Shown: in pieces, positions 1-9,510 of the stretch | Layout of the letters: every line of letters starts with the position of its first letter | Position numbering within the stretch: the first letter of the stretch is position 1 | Assembly (NCBI GenBank): GCA_963815195.1 | Contig: CAWFGE010000013.1 | Coordinates: forward strand, 288,001-352,000 | DNA length: 64,000 nucleotides | Reading direction: 5' to 3' | DNA from: an uncultured Planctomycetaceae bacterium | GTDB lineage: Bacteria; Planctomycetota; Planctomycetia; Planctomycetales; Planctomycetaceae | Made by a program: the position numbers and the translations under genes | Notes under the pieces: generated by a model | Databases searched by the model: none | Seen by the model: only the letters and a program-made list of their open reading frames with translations | Told to the model about the DNA's origin: nothing

Positions 1-1322
1 CCCTGGACCGCTTGCAAAACGTTCGTGCCGATGCGATCGACAAGAGCCTCGGGGCTGGAATCGGTTTGTCCCGCCGCGGCGGTCGCGGCATCCGCTGTGG
101 GGGCCGCGCCGTTCGCGTTCGCGGGCGAATTCTGCGGCGGATCGACGCTCAACGGCTGCGAGTTCCGGCCGTCCGGCGTGTTCTCGATTTGGTGCGGCTG
201 AGCATCCGGCAGTTTGACTTCCGGAGCCGAGATTTGCGGGGCCGGTGCCTTGTCGCTTTGGGGCGGTTCGCTCGTCGTCGCGGCTTGGAGAGCATCGTCC
301 GTTTGAACCGTCGCCGCGGCGGGCTGTTGAACTTGAGGAGAGTATTCGCCGATCGCACCCGACGGAGGCTGACCGTGCGAAAGGAGCGGACCGGTCGGCC
401 CGTCTACGGAATTCTTGTTTTCCTTGGCCGCCACGCCGTCGAAATTGGCTGCCGCTTTCGAGGTCTTATCTTTGGGCGAGGCGTCAATGGCGATGGAAAG
501 AATCGCGGCGGGGGGGGTTGTCGGTTCGTCCGCACGCGCCTGCCCCGCTGTTGTTTGCGCGGCTTGCGGGGAGGCCTGGTCGTTATGGTCTGTCTTGGAA
601 TCGGCTGGCCGCTCGGTCGGAATCTGCGACTTTCCATCCGATTGATCGGCATGAGCAACCGGCTGGACGTCCGGCGAAGCACCATCGTTACCCGCTTGCG
701 ATTGCGAAGGATTGGCCGGCTGAGCTTGATCGTTCACCGCCGAGGTTTGGGAATTCTCTGGACCCTTGGCGGTTGCCGTCGATGATTGAGAAATCTTCGG
801 AGCGGAATCCGCCGAGGTCGTCTCGTTCGCATCCTTTTGGTCCGCCGGGGGCTTGGCCAAATCGACTTGAGCCGCATCGACTTTGGGCTTCGCGGAGTCA
901 TCGAAATCGACGTTCTGCGAAACATCGGCCGGTTGGGAATCGACAACCGCAGCATGCAGCGGCGGCGTTCCCTGCGCGACCGGCGGGCTTTGATGCTTCG
1001 GATCCGAAGCGTCTGTTTGAGGTTTGGCCTTTTCGTCCGCTGGTTTCGCGGCAGGCGTTGGCGTCGCGCGAGTTGAATCCGCCGGGGAATTCTGTCGAGT
1101 GTGTGCCGAGGAATGGCCGTGCGGTAGCCCCTTCGGATGGGGGTGTTGTGGAGCATGGGAAGCCGAACGCGCCGGCTGCGATTTCCCGCTCCTCTTCTTG
1201 AGCATCTGCGCAAAAGCAGACGGCTGGTCCGGAAGTTGAGATGGCCCGGCGGCGCGGCCGTGCGAGGGCGATTGGCCGGAGCCCAATCGCCCCGACGAAT
1301 CAACCGGTTTCACCGCCTCCAT
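1..1322 (-). CDS. fliK: Flagellar hook-length control protein (3' end runs off the window)
   Basis: Not in the ORF track. Manual translation from ATG 1322 (MEAVKPVDSSG...) stays open to the window edge: long P/A/S/Q/D-rich low-complexity region ending ...EALVDRIGTNVLQAVQ. Lies downstream of fliJ and the MotE-like gene, where fliK is expected. Confidence 0.75.
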   Translation of the reverse strand, partial: MEAVKPVDSSGRLGSGQSPSHGRAAGPSQLPDQPSAFAQMLKKRSGKSQPARSASHAPQHPHPKGLPHGHSSAHTRQNSPADSTRATPTPAAKPADEKAKPQTDASDPKHQSPPVAQGTPPLHAAVVDSQPADVSQNVDFDDSAKPKVDAAQVDLAKPPADQKDANETTSADSAPKISQSSTATAKGPENSQTSAVNDQAQPANPSQSQAGNDGASPDVQPVAHADQSDGKSQIPTERPADSKTDHNDQASPQAAQTTAGQARADEPTTPPAAILSIAIDASPKDKTSKAAANFDGVAAKENKNSVDGPTGPLLSHGQPPSGAIGEYSPQVQQPAAATVQTDDALQAATTSEPPQSDKAPAPQISAPEVKLPDAQPHQIENTPDGRNSQPLSVDPPQNSPANANGAAPTADAATAAAGQTDSSPEALVDRIGTNVLQAVQ

Positions 1323-1403
1323 GCGCTATCCCCCCACAATCGCCTTGCAAACTCGGCCCGATGCCGAGGCACAATGCTTATGTATCGTCTTGGACTGGGA
1401 GGA

Positions 1404-2048
1404 TTATTGAACCTGCTTTATTTGGTCGGCGATAAACTGGACAGACGGATCGCCGTGCGCGAGCGATTCGAAGATTTCCACCCCCCGTTTTCGCTGTTCG
1501 TCGTCACCTTGATTGAATTCCTTGAGGATTTTTCCAATCGATTTGACGGGCATGCCTTTGAGGAGCGTCACGTTCTGGTCGGTCGGCAACTGCATCAGTT
1601 CCTGAACGGCTTCACCCGGCGGCAACGCCAAGAGGACGCCTTGGGCCAGTTGGGTGGCCTCGGAAACTTCGCGATCTTTTAGCTGTTTTAACTCCTCGGC
1701 AAACTGGGTTTTGCCGGCTTCGAGCATCTGCTTTTCCCGCAGGAGCGCATCCCGCCGCTCGACAATCATCTGCGCGAGCCGGTCCAACTCGCGTTCGCGG
1801 TCTTCGAGATTGAAGGTGCGAATCACGCGTTCGCGCATCAGTTCTTCGATCGAAAATTCCCGCTTCAAGTTTTCCGCCGGTTCATCGACCGACTTTAACG
1901 ACTTGCCCTCCTCGAGCACCGCTTGGATTTCCCAGAGGCTTTCCGTGGTCAGCACTCCCGTCGCGTAGAAGTAGCCCATCGCGGCCAGTTGCGCGAGCAC
2001 GGCGATCGACGAGGCGACTGCGAACGTCATCAGGATCGTGCGTTTCAT
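1404..2048 (-). CDS. MotE/FlbB-like flagellar protein (N-terminal TM, coiled coil, MgtE-N-like C-terminus)
   Basis: N-terminal hydrophobic anchor, coiled coil, ...LLALPPGEAVQELMQL...LLKGMPVKSIGKIL; sits between fliJ and fliK. Confidence 0.65.
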   Translation of the reverse strand: MKRTILMTFAVASSIAVLAQLAAMGYFYATGVLTTESLWEIQAVLEEGKSLKSVDEPAENLKREFSIEELMRERVIRTFNLEDRERELDRLAQMIVERRDALLREKQMLEAGKTQFAEELKQLKDREVSEATQLAQGVLLALPPGEAVQELMQLPTDQNVTLLKGMPVKSIGKILKEFNQGDDEQRKRGVEIFESLAHGDPSVQFIADQIKQVQ

Positions 2049-2497
2049 GGCATCGGCTTCCTTAACCTAATCGCGGAGAGGACGTCCTCTTGCTCTTTAA
2101 GGATTTGCTTCGTCTGTTCGCGGCGGAACTCGTCCCGCTGTTTCTCTTCCAGCTTTTCGAGGGCTTTGACTTCCTGGTCGGCAAGAACCAGCCGGGCCCG
2201 GCATTGGCCCGCGCTGTTTCGCGCCTGATCGCATTCCGCGAGGTTTTTGTGATAAGCCATCTTTAATTCCGACAAGTGCATCTGGCACCGCGAGATGATA
2301 TCGATGTCGATTTCTCCAAGAGCGGACTCTTCCCGCAAATGCCCCATCAGCTCGTGTTGCTCGCTTAGGACCGCTTGGTTTTTGTTCTCAAGTTCTTTGA
2401 GCTGCTCGATCGCTTTCGCCAGATCACGCCGGCATTCATCGCGTTTTCGTTTCCGAAGCCCGAGCACCGACGCCAAAGAAAACCGAAATGCCGCCAT
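2045..2497 (-). CDS. fliJ: Flagellar export protein FliJ
   Basis: MAAFRFSLASVLGLR start and ...KALEKLEEKQ...EQEDV coiled coil, directly after fliI. Confidence 0.85.
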   Translation of the reverse strand: MAAFRFSLASVLGLRKRKRDECRRDLAKAIEQLKELENKNQAVLSEQHELMGHLREESALGEIDIDIISRCQMHLSELKMAYHKNLAECDQARNSAGQCRARLVLADQEVKALEKLEEKQRDEFRREQTKQILKEQEDVLSAIRLRKPMP

Positions 2498-2563
2498 GAC
2501 GTTCCAACAACAATGAAAGAGGAGCAAACCTGGGAGGATGCGGTTCCGATTTGAGAACGGCTT

Positions 2564-3904
2564 TTATGCGGATGGTGATGCCTCAGTTTGTCTAAAAGCG
2601 TTCGAAGACCCGGCCGTCAGTTGGATGAGTTGCTCGATCGAAACTTCCAGGGATTGTGTTTCGCGGGGAGCCTGCCGAAGGAGGCGGTTGATCGGTTCCC
2701 GAAACGCGATGGCCTTGTCCACAAGGGCGTTCGAGCCCGGCTGGTAAGCCCCGATCAGAATCAAATCTTCGTTTTCCCGATACGCCGCCAGGAGTTCGCG
2801 GAGCCGGTTCGCCGCCTGCTGATGGTCCGGACCGGCGAGTTGGGTGATCAATCGGCTCACGCTCGCCAGCACGTCGATGGCGGGCCAATGGGCTTGATCC
2901 GCGAGCTTTCTCGACAGCACGATATGCCCGTCCAAAATGCCCCGCGCGGCATCGGCCACCGGTTCGTTCAGATCGTCGCCCTCGACCAGAACCGCATAAA
3001 TCCCGGTGATGCTGCCCCGCTCGTTTCGTCCGCTGCGTTCCAGGAGTTGAGGCAGCGCGGAGAAGACGCTCGCCGGATAGCCCCGCGTGACGGGCGGTTC
3101 GCCCCGCGCCAGACCGATCTCCCTTTGAGCCAACGCGAACCGCGTGACGCTGTCCATCATCAATAACACGTCCCGGCCCTGGTCGCGAAAATACTCGGCG
3201 ACCGTCATCGCCGTTAACGCCGCGCGATGCCGATCGAGCGCCGGTTCGTCGCCGGTGGCGACGACGACAACGCTTCTTTGCAATCCCTCATCGCCCAGGT
3301 CGCGTTCGAGAAACTCGCGCACCTCGCGGCCGCGCTCGCCCACGAGGGCGATGACATTCAAGTCGGCGGAAGAAGAACGCGCGATCTGACCCAGCAGCGT
3401 GCTCTTGCCGACTCCGCTTCCCGAAAAAATGCCAACCCGCTGCCCAACGCCCAGCGTCAACAGCGTGTCGATGGCTTTGACGCCCGTGGCCAGCGGCGTG
3501 TCGATCGGCGGGCGGTGCATGGCCGATGGCGGCCGTTCCAAGAGACTTCGGCTTTCGAGCATCGCCGGCGGCGGCTTGTTGTCGAGTGGCTCGCCGCGCG
3601 AGTTGACCACCCGGCCGACGAGCCCGTCTCCCACGAACGCCGCCACCGTCGATTTGTGCAGCCGAACGCGATTGCCGCTGCGAATGCCGGTGAAATCGCC
3701 CAGAGGCAAGAGCAACGTCTTGGAATCCTTGAAGCCGATGACTTCCGCCTCGACGAGCGGGCCGCATTCGCGTTCGATCATCGCCGTGGCCCCGAGCGGC
3801 GCGGGAAATCCGCCGGCGACGATGGATTGCCCCGCCACCTCGGTGACCGATCCGCACAAGGCATAGGGAAAGATTTTCCGCACCTGGTTTTTAAGATTTT
3901 GCAT
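2564..3904 (-). CDS. fliI: Flagellar export ATPase FliI
   Basis: GQRVGIFSGSGVGKSTLLG Walker A, LVGERGREV, LLMMDSVTRFA, ILDGHIVLSR. Confidence 0.97.
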   Translation of the reverse strand: MQNLKNQVRKIFPYALCGSVTEVAGQSIVAGGFPAPLGATAMIERECGPLVEAEVIGFKDSKTLLLPLGDFTGIRSGNRVRLHKSTVAAFVGDGLVGRVVNSRGEPLDNKPPPAMLESRSLLERPPSAMHRPPIDTPLATGVKAIDTLLTLGVGQRVGIFSGSGVGKSTLLGQIARSSSADLNVIALVGERGREVREFLERDLGDEGLQRSVVVVATGDEPALDRHRAALTAMTVAEYFRDQGRDVLLMMDSVTRFALAQREIGLARGEPPVTRGYPASVFSALPQLLERSGRNERGSITGIYAVLVEGDDLNEPVADAARGILDGHIVLSRKLADQAHWPAIDVLASVSRLITQLAGPDHQQAANRLRELLAAYRENEDLILIGAYQPGSNALVDKAIAFREPINRLLRQAPRETQSLEVSIEQLIQLTAGSSNAFRQTEASPSA

Positions 3905-4622
3905 GGCTGTCTCGTTGACTCTCCGGCGGAATCAGCTCGGCGAAGATTCGATCGAGCTGCGTATTCACGCGGCCGTCCAATCGGCCGTATTCCGATTCGA
4001 TCACGCAATCGCCCCGGTGCAAACTGTCGTCCGCGCGAAGTTCCATCAGGTCGTTAAAGCCGGGCCAGCTTTCGGAGGCGTTCATGGCTTTTTGGATGGA
4101 GTCCGCATCTTCGGGATGCAGCCGCACGAGGAGCCGATTCCCCGTGGAGGCAAGTTCCATCAACTCGCGGATCATCGCCCGGCCGAGTTCAGGACGATGG
4201 GCCAATTCGCTGCGGAGGATTTTTTCCGAAATGGCGATGCAAAGTTGAATGGCCGTCGCCTCCCAACGGGCCAGCCAATTCATCCGCGCTTGGGTCACGG
4301 ACTCCGCGAGCGCTTGAAGAGACGAGAGGCTCGCTTCCACCCGCTGGTTGACCTCGGCCTGTAGTTGCGCGTCGGCCCGCTTTTGGATTTCCGCGTCCGC
4401 CGCCTTCATGCCCTCGCGATACCCTTCCGCGTGGCCCGCTTTCCGGGCCTCTTCCTGGATGGAGCCGGCCTCGGTGCGGGCCTGGCTAAGGACTCGCCCG
4501 GCTTGCTGCCGAGTGGCTGCGAGCTGCTCGTGGCATCGGCTCTGAAAGTCCTCAAAGTCGAAGACGAGCTTTTGACCAAGCTGCCGAACCGACTCGGCCT
4601 TAATGACGCGCGGGCGTTCCAT
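3891..4622 (-). CDS. fliH: Flagellar assembly protein FliH
   Basis: AxxxGxxxGxxxG repeats (ARKAGHAEGYREG), VRLHPED, GDCVIESEYGRLDG; start placed at MERPRV. Confidence 0.9.
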   Translation of the reverse strand: MERPRVIKAESVRQLGQKLVFDFEDFQSRCHEQLAATRQQAGRVLSQARTEAGSIQEEARKAGHAEGYREGMKAADAEIQKRADAQLQAEVNQRVEASLSSLQALAESVTQARMNWLARWEATAIQLCIAISEKILRSELAHRPELGRAMIRELMELASTGNRLLVRLHPEDADSIQKAMNASESWPGFNDLMELRADDSLHRGDCVIESEYGRLDGRVNTQLDRIFAELIPPESQRDSHAKS

Positions 4623-4875
4623 GATGTCGGCGTTTCTGAGGTAAATCGATTGATTTCGGTGATCGAGAAGTGATTGTGTTGGATGCAAACACAATCAGCG
4701 AAATTCGCGGCGATCCGGTCGTTACCATTTAACAACGACTAGACTACGTTCGTTCGGATGGAAACATTTATCATGTTGAATCACGACACAAGTCTTTCGT
4801 ATGGACTAATATCCCAACCTCTAGCCTCCATCCTTCATCCTTACATACATTCGCTCGAACGGATCGTTAAGAACA

Positions 4876-5871
4876 CTAGCTAATATACTGATCCCCGTCC
4901 GCGGCGGAGCTGACTTCGATCTCGCCGGCGTCCTCGAGCCGGCGGACGGTATCCACGATTTGCTGTTGATTCGTTTCCACGTCGCTGACTTTCACCGGGC
5001 CGAGGTAATCCATTTCGTCGCGCAACATTTCCGCCGCGCGCTGGGAGAGGTTGCCGAGCACCTTCTCGCGAATTTCCTCGGAGGCTCCCTTCAAAGCGAC
5101 GGCCCACTGCTTGTTGTCCACTTCCTTGAGCAAGGCTTGAATGGCTTTGTTGTCGAGCTTGAGCAGGTCGTCGAACACGAACATCAACCGCCGGATTTCC
5201 TCGACGAGTTCGTTGTCCTCTTCTTCGAGGTTCTCCAAAATGCCTTTGTTCGTCGAGCGGTCGGTCACGTTCAGAATCTGGGCCACCATCGGCACCCCGC
5301 CGGCTTTTTCGAGCTGCTGGCTGAACGTGGACGTCATGCGGCGCTGGAGGCCTTTTTCCACGTCTTTGACGACTTCGGGGCTCGTTTGCTCCATGTTGGC
5401 GATGCGGCGGATAACTTCCGTTTGCTTGTTGAACGGGAGCCCCGCCAGAACCTCCGCGGAGAGATTCGCGGGCAAATGCGACATGACCAGAGCGATCGTT
5501 TGCGGATGCTCTTCGACAATAAAGGTCAGCAGGTTGTCGGCCCCGACCTTTTGCAGAAAGCCAAACGGAACCGCGCTCATCGACTGCTTGACGCTGTCGA
5601 GAATCCGAAGCGCGCGGTCGTTGCCCAGAGACTGCTCCAACAACTCCCTTGCGAAATCCATCCCGCCCCGCTCGATGTGCGACCGCGCATTGACGAGATC
5701 GTAAAAATCCTTGACGACGGTTTCCTGCTCATCCTTGGTCACATCCTTGAGCCGCGCAATCTCGAGCGTGACTTGCTCCACCAGGTCGGCGCGCATCTGC
5801 GACAGCACCGCGGCGGCCAGCGGCTTGTCGAGACTTAATATTAACACCGCGGCTTTTCGAATCTCGCTCAT
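4876..5871 (-). CDS. fliG: Flagellar motor switch protein FliG
   Basis: IRKAAVLILSL, EHPQTIAL, MFVFDDL, NLSQRAAEML, GPVKVSDVE. Confidence 0.98.
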   Translation of the reverse strand: MSEIRKAAVLILSLDKPLAAAVLSQMRADLVEQVTLEIARLKDVTKDEQETVVKDFYDLVNARSHIERGGMDFARELLEQSLGNDRALRILDSVKQSMSAVPFGFLQKVGADNLLTFIVEEHPQTIALVMSHLPANLSAEVLAGLPFNKQTEVIRRIANMEQTSPEVVKDVEKGLQRRMTSTFSQQLEKAGGVPMVAQILNVTDRSTNKGILENLEEEDNELVEEIRRLMFVFDDLLKLDNKAIQALLKEVDNKQWAVALKGASEEIREKVLGNLSQRAAEMLRDEMDYLGPVKVSDVETNQQQIVDTVRRLEDAGEIEVSSAADGDQYIS

Positions 5872-5914
5872 GGGATTTCGGTCGAATTCGGTTTGAAAAA
5901 CTAGGAAGCATCGA

Positions 5915-7528
5915 TCAGGCTTGCACCTGGTCCAGCCATTCTTCGAGGATCCCCGCTGTCAAGTCGGGATTGTCGCGAACCACCGATTGCAGTTTGTCCC
6001 GCACCGATGTCTCCTTGCGGACCGCGGGTTGGTCCGGTTCTTTCGGAGGTTCCGGCTTCGCTTCGCGGGCCTCTTCGTCGGGGTTCGGCTCCGCGGGATA
6101 GTTCGGGAGGGCTTTATAAATCATCCAAAACCCAAAACAAGCCAACGCCAACAGCCCGAGCTTTCCGCTCCACTGGCCAGCGAGCTCCAGAGCTTGTTGC
6201 CAGTAAGACGCTTGCGGCGGCTCCTCGTCCCCGCGGATGGAATGGTAAGTGCTCACATCGACGGAAGCCGGGTCCGATCCTTTCGGGATCAACACCGCGG
6301 CCGTCGCTTTGATCTTTTCGATCTCTTTCTGCTCAATGTCCTTCACGGCCCGCTGATAGGTGTCGGCGGTCCCATTCGCCGCGGGTTCCACTCCGGTCTG
6401 TTTGGCGACCGCCTCGTAATAGGACCGGGGCACCTTGATGGAGACTTGGACGGCTTTGGGCATGGCGGCGAAGAACGCCTGCTCGGTCACGGTGAACGAA
6501 GGCGTGCTCGTGCTGGCGGCGTCTTCCTCGGTGATTTGCCGGGTCTCCGTGGGGCCCGTCGAGGTATCGAGGCTTCGCGGCTGGTTGTTGCGGACGCCCG
6601 GCTCGGAACGCGGGTATTTGTTTTCCACTTCCTCGGTGCGCGACTGAGTCGTTTCGTAAAGTTTCATCGTGCCTTTGGTGTCGATCTTTTGGATCCGCTC
6701 GACGCGGGATTTCAACGCGTCCACATCGACATTGACCGTGACCAAGACGTCGGGAATATAGGAAAGCGCCTTCGCGATTTTGCTTTCATACTCGCGCGTG
6801 AACTCGCGAATCCGCTTCATCAAACCGTGATCGATCGCGCCGTCCAGGTCGTCCGACGTGTGCGAGACGCCGGTGGACATATCGAACACCGTCACGTTGG
6901 CCGGCGTGAGATCGGGGACCATCGAGGCGACGGCGGTGCGAAATGAACGCGTTTGGACGGGCGAGATTTCGTGGCCGCGCTTGGGGCGGACGTTGACCGT
7001 CGCTGTCACGGCGGCCCCCTGGTGAGGCCAGCGGTTCGCTTTGGAGCGGGCCCAGGCGACGCTGGCGTATTCGATCGAAGGAATCGCCTCGAACGTCTGT
7101 TGCAGGAACTTCGCGAGGGCAATGTCCTTTCGCTGCTGCGTCGTGCGGTTGCTTTCGAACACACCCATCCCGCCTTCGAGTTGTTTTTCGAGCGCATCGC
7201 CGAACCCGGAAGGCAGCGCGCTTCCGTTGATGAGTGCCCCGTGATAACGAGCCACTTCTTTTGCGGGCACGAGCAGCATCTGGCCGTCCCGCCGGAAATC
7301 ATCGAGGCCGGCGTCTTTGAAGGTTTGCTCGGCGTTGATGATTTCTTCCGTGGTGAAAGGTTTTCCGAATGACAGCGGCGTATAGCCCGACGAGGAATCC
7401 CGCATGGTCAACAGCAGAAACCCGCCAATGAAGATCGCCGGTACGATCGCCAGCGACAATCGTTGGCTAGGCGAAAGCGATGAGACGATTCGCGAGATTT
7501 GTTGAAATGTCTGCCCCAACGCTTGCAT
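5915..7528 (-). CDS. fliF: Flagellar M-ring protein FliF
   Basis: Two TM segments flanking a periplasmic region (TATVNV, VASMVPDLTPANVTVFD, VTVNVDVD, SEPGVRNN); C-terminal VRDNPDLTAGILEEWL; between fliE and fliG. Confidence 0.92.
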   Translation of the reverse strand: MQALGQTFQQISRIVSSLSPSQRLSLAIVPAIFIGGFLLLTMRDSSSGYTPLSFGKPFTTEEIINAEQTFKDAGLDDFRRDGQMLLVPAKEVARYHGALINGSALPSGFGDALEKQLEGGMGVFESNRTTQQRKDIALAKFLQQTFEAIPSIEYASVAWARSKANRWPHQGAAVTATVNVRPKRGHEISPVQTRSFRTAVASMVPDLTPANVTVFDMSTGVSHTSDDLDGAIDHGLMKRIREFTREYESKIAKALSYIPDVLVTVNVDVDALKSRVERIQKIDTKGTMKLYETTQSRTEEVENKYPRSEPGVRNNQPRSLDTSTGPTETRQITEEDAASTSTPSFTVTEQAFFAAMPKAVQVSIKVPRSYYEAVAKQTGVEPAANGTADTYQRAVKDIEQKEIEKIKATAAVLIPKGSDPASVDVSTYHSIRGDEEPPQASYWQQALELAGQWSGKLGLLALACFGFWMIYKALPNYPAEPNPDEEAREAKPEPPKEPDQPAVRKETSVRDKLQSVVRDNPDLTAGILEEWLDQVQA

Positions 7529-7641
7529 GGTCTAACTGTCCTTACGGTTTAATCTTTAGGTCAAGTCTCGAACCAATTGGTGCCGTCTGAGCGATTCCGA
7601 GCGAGATGAGAGGTTGGAGGTTGGAGGATGGAGTATAGAAA

Positions 7642-7772
7642 CGAGTGTATTTTCAATGCTAAGAATTCGGAGCTGCCGGAACGCGCCAGCGTCCTGTTGG
7701 CTCGGCAAAAACCGGGGCTAGCGCCCTGCGGCCAATTTTCAGCCTGAAATTCATGCTCTGACGGAGCACTCG
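7642..7772. mobile_element. ~130-bp MITE-like element, copy 1 (contains a REP-like palindrome)
   Basis: Similar to 8216-8348 and 9397-9510 (TTTCAATGCTAAGAATT...AACCGGGGCTAGCGCCCTGCGGC...GAAATTCATGCTCTGACGGAGCACT); ends lie in a perfect inverted repeat TAGAAACGAGTG/CACTCGTTTCTA. Confidence 0.7.
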
Positions 7773-7795
7773 TTTCTAACATCCTTCAGAATTCA

Positions 7796-8101
7796 CTAGA
7801 CCTGGATTTGCTTGAGTTCCTTATAGGCTTCCACAACTTTATTGCGGATTTGCAACATGGTTTTCAGCGACAGCTCCGCTTGTTTGATGGCCGTGAACAT
7901 TTCGATGTTCGTCACGGGGCGTCCGAGCAAGTTTTCCTCCATCAAGTAGTTCGCCTGCGACTGCTGGCCGGCGACGTTATTGACGGCTTGCATTAACATT
8001 TGACCAAAGAGACTTGTCTGCGCGGGCGGATTCGCCGCCGGATTCGGCAGCCGGAGCGCACTTTGCGGGGAAATTAAAGGGATCGGCGGCATATTCATCA
8101 T
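7796..8101 (-). CDS. fliE: Flagellar hook-basal body protein FliE
   Basis: AELSLKTMLQIRNKVVEAYKELKQIQV C-terminal motif. Confidence 0.95.
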   Translation of the reverse strand: MMNMPPIPLISPQSALRLPNPAANPPAQTSLFGQMLMQAVNNVAGQQSQANYLMEENLLGRPVTNIEMFTAIKQAELSLKTMLQIRNKVVEAYKELKQIQV

Positions 8102-8156
8102 TGAATCGTTCTCCCATGCACTTGCTTTCTAACCATCCATCCAGTCACATCATCCA

Positions 8157-8183
8157 TTAGCCGCAGGGCGCTAGCCCCGGTTC
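8157..8183. repeat. REP-like palindrome (family AACCGGGGCTAGCGCCCTGCGGCTAAT)
   Basis: ATTAGCCGCAGGGCGCTAGCCCCGGTT, inverted relative to the copy at ~8284-8310; related copies at ~7710, ~9465, ~19492, ~20456, ~27150. Confidence 0.75.
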
Positions 8184-8215
8184 TACCGATGCCACTGTTT
8201 TGCACTAACAAGTAT

Positions 8216-8348
8216 CTTGTGCAGTTTCAATGTTAAGAATTCGGGTCCGATGGAACGCGCTAGCGTCCGGTTCGCTCGGCGAAAGCCGGGGTGAGCGCCC
8301 CGCGGCTAATTCTTTTAACCCGAAATTCATGCTCTGACCGAGCACTAG
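8216..8348. mobile_element. ~130-bp MITE-like element, copy 2
   Basis: CTTGTGC...GCACTAG; colinear with copy 1; terminal CTAG contains the flgC stop codon. Confidence 0.7.
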
Positions 8349-8755
8349 CCTAGAATTCGCAGCGTCAGGTTGGCCATTTCTTTGGTCATATCCATTGCGG
8401 CGACGTTGGCTTCATAGGCGCGGCTGGCTTCGAGGGCGTTCACGAACTCTTGCGTCAAATCGATGTTGGGGTAACTCACGAAGCCGTCTTCGCCCGCATC
8501 GGGATGCCCCGGTTGATAGACGCGTCGAGGCGTCGAGGTCTGATCGGTTTCCACTTGAAAATTCACGCCGACGCCACCCTTGGCTTCGGAATGCCGCTGG
8601 CTGGCGGAGAACGTGACGAACCGCCGCTCAAAGGGTTTGACGGTTCCCTGTTCGTCGCGTGTGGTATTCAGGTTGGCGATGTTGCCGGCGATGACGTTCA
8701 TGCGTTGCCGCTGCGCCAAAAGGCCGCTGGCACTAATATCTAAGGAGCGAAGCAT
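8345..8755 (-). CDS. flgC: Flagellar basal-body rod protein FlgC
   Basis: ISASGLLAQRQRMNVIAGNIAN, YQPGHPDA, ASRAYEAN. Confidence 0.97.
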   Translation of the reverse strand: MLRSLDISASGLLAQRQRMNVIAGNIANLNTTRDEQGTVKPFERRFVTFSASQRHSEAKGGVGVNFQVETDQTSTPRRVYQPGHPDAGEDGFVSYPNIDLTQEFVNALEASRAYEANVAAMDMTKEMANLTLRILG

Positions 8756-8790
8756 AGGTTATACACCTTCGACTGAGGATTTAGATTCTT

Positions 8791-9249
8791 TCAAACGCGT
8801 TCGGAAATGACGGTTTCGAGCTGGCTCATTTGGTTTGTGAGCATTTGGAGCAGGAACGATTGTTTGAGCATATTTTTCGAGAGTTCCGCGACCTCTTGTT
8901 CGATGCTGCGGTTGTTGGCGTCCTGAAACGTAATGTTTCGCGGCTTGGCAAGGACGGGGTCACTCAGGGCGGCAATTCGCATCGGCGGCTTGTCTTGAAG
9001 ATACGGGTGGGCGGCCAAATCCGGCGAAATCGACGGAGACCGCCGCTCTTGGATCACCGCTTTGAGGGTTTCTTGAAATCCTTGGGTGTCCAAATCGCGA
9101 GTTTTATAGGTCGGGGTATCGATGTTCGCGACGTTTCCCACGAGCACATCGTGCCGCTTCTCGCCGAAGATCGCGGCCTGCCGGAGGGCTTCGGTGATCG
9201 TCTGCCCTAAAAACGGCATGGGCGGATTTGTAGTCGATGGGGTTAACAT
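8791..9249 (-). CDS. flgB: Flagellar basal-body rod protein FlgB
   Basis: RHDVLVGNVANIDTPTYKTRDL and DANNRSIEQE motifs; start at 9249 or 9219. Confidence 0.93.
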   Translation of the reverse strand: MLTPSTTNPPMPFLGQTITEALRQAAIFGEKRHDVLVGNVANIDTPTYKTRDLDTQGFQETLKAVIQERRSPSISPDLAAHPYLQDKPPMRIAALSDPVLAKPRNITFQDANNRSIEQEVAELSKNMLKQSFLLQMLTNQMSQLETVISERV

Positions 9250-9396
9250 TAATAGGTCTTTCAAGCGTTTCACATCAGTTCGCCGCCGGGAGGGCACCGC
9301 CCGCAGGGTGGTCCGCCCCGGTCGATCTGTTTGTTCCAATTTCGCTGAGCCGGCCACTACCGCGTGCCGGCTGATGAGGGTTGGTTATCCTATCGA

Positions 9397-9510
9397 CTAG
9401 TGCATTTTCAATACTAAGAATTTGGATCAGCCGAAACGCGCTAGCGTTGGCTTCGCTCGGCGAAAACCGGGGCGGTGCCCCCCTGCGGGCGGTGCCCGAC
9501 GGAGCGCTAG
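9397..9510. mobile_element. MITE-like element, copy 3 (CTAG at both ends)
   Basis: CTAGTGCATTTTCAATACTAAGAATT...GACGGAGCGCTAG; right CTAG contains the stop codon of the FlgN-like gene. Confidence 0.7.

Noticed and set aside
12..1682. Arg-rich ORFs listed at the window start
   Set aside because: Shadows of the unlisted minus-strand fliK frame and the MotE-like gene.
9250..9400. Sigma-54 promoter before flgB
   Set aside because: CGGCACG is present on the minus strand but there is no correctly spaced TTGC -12 element.
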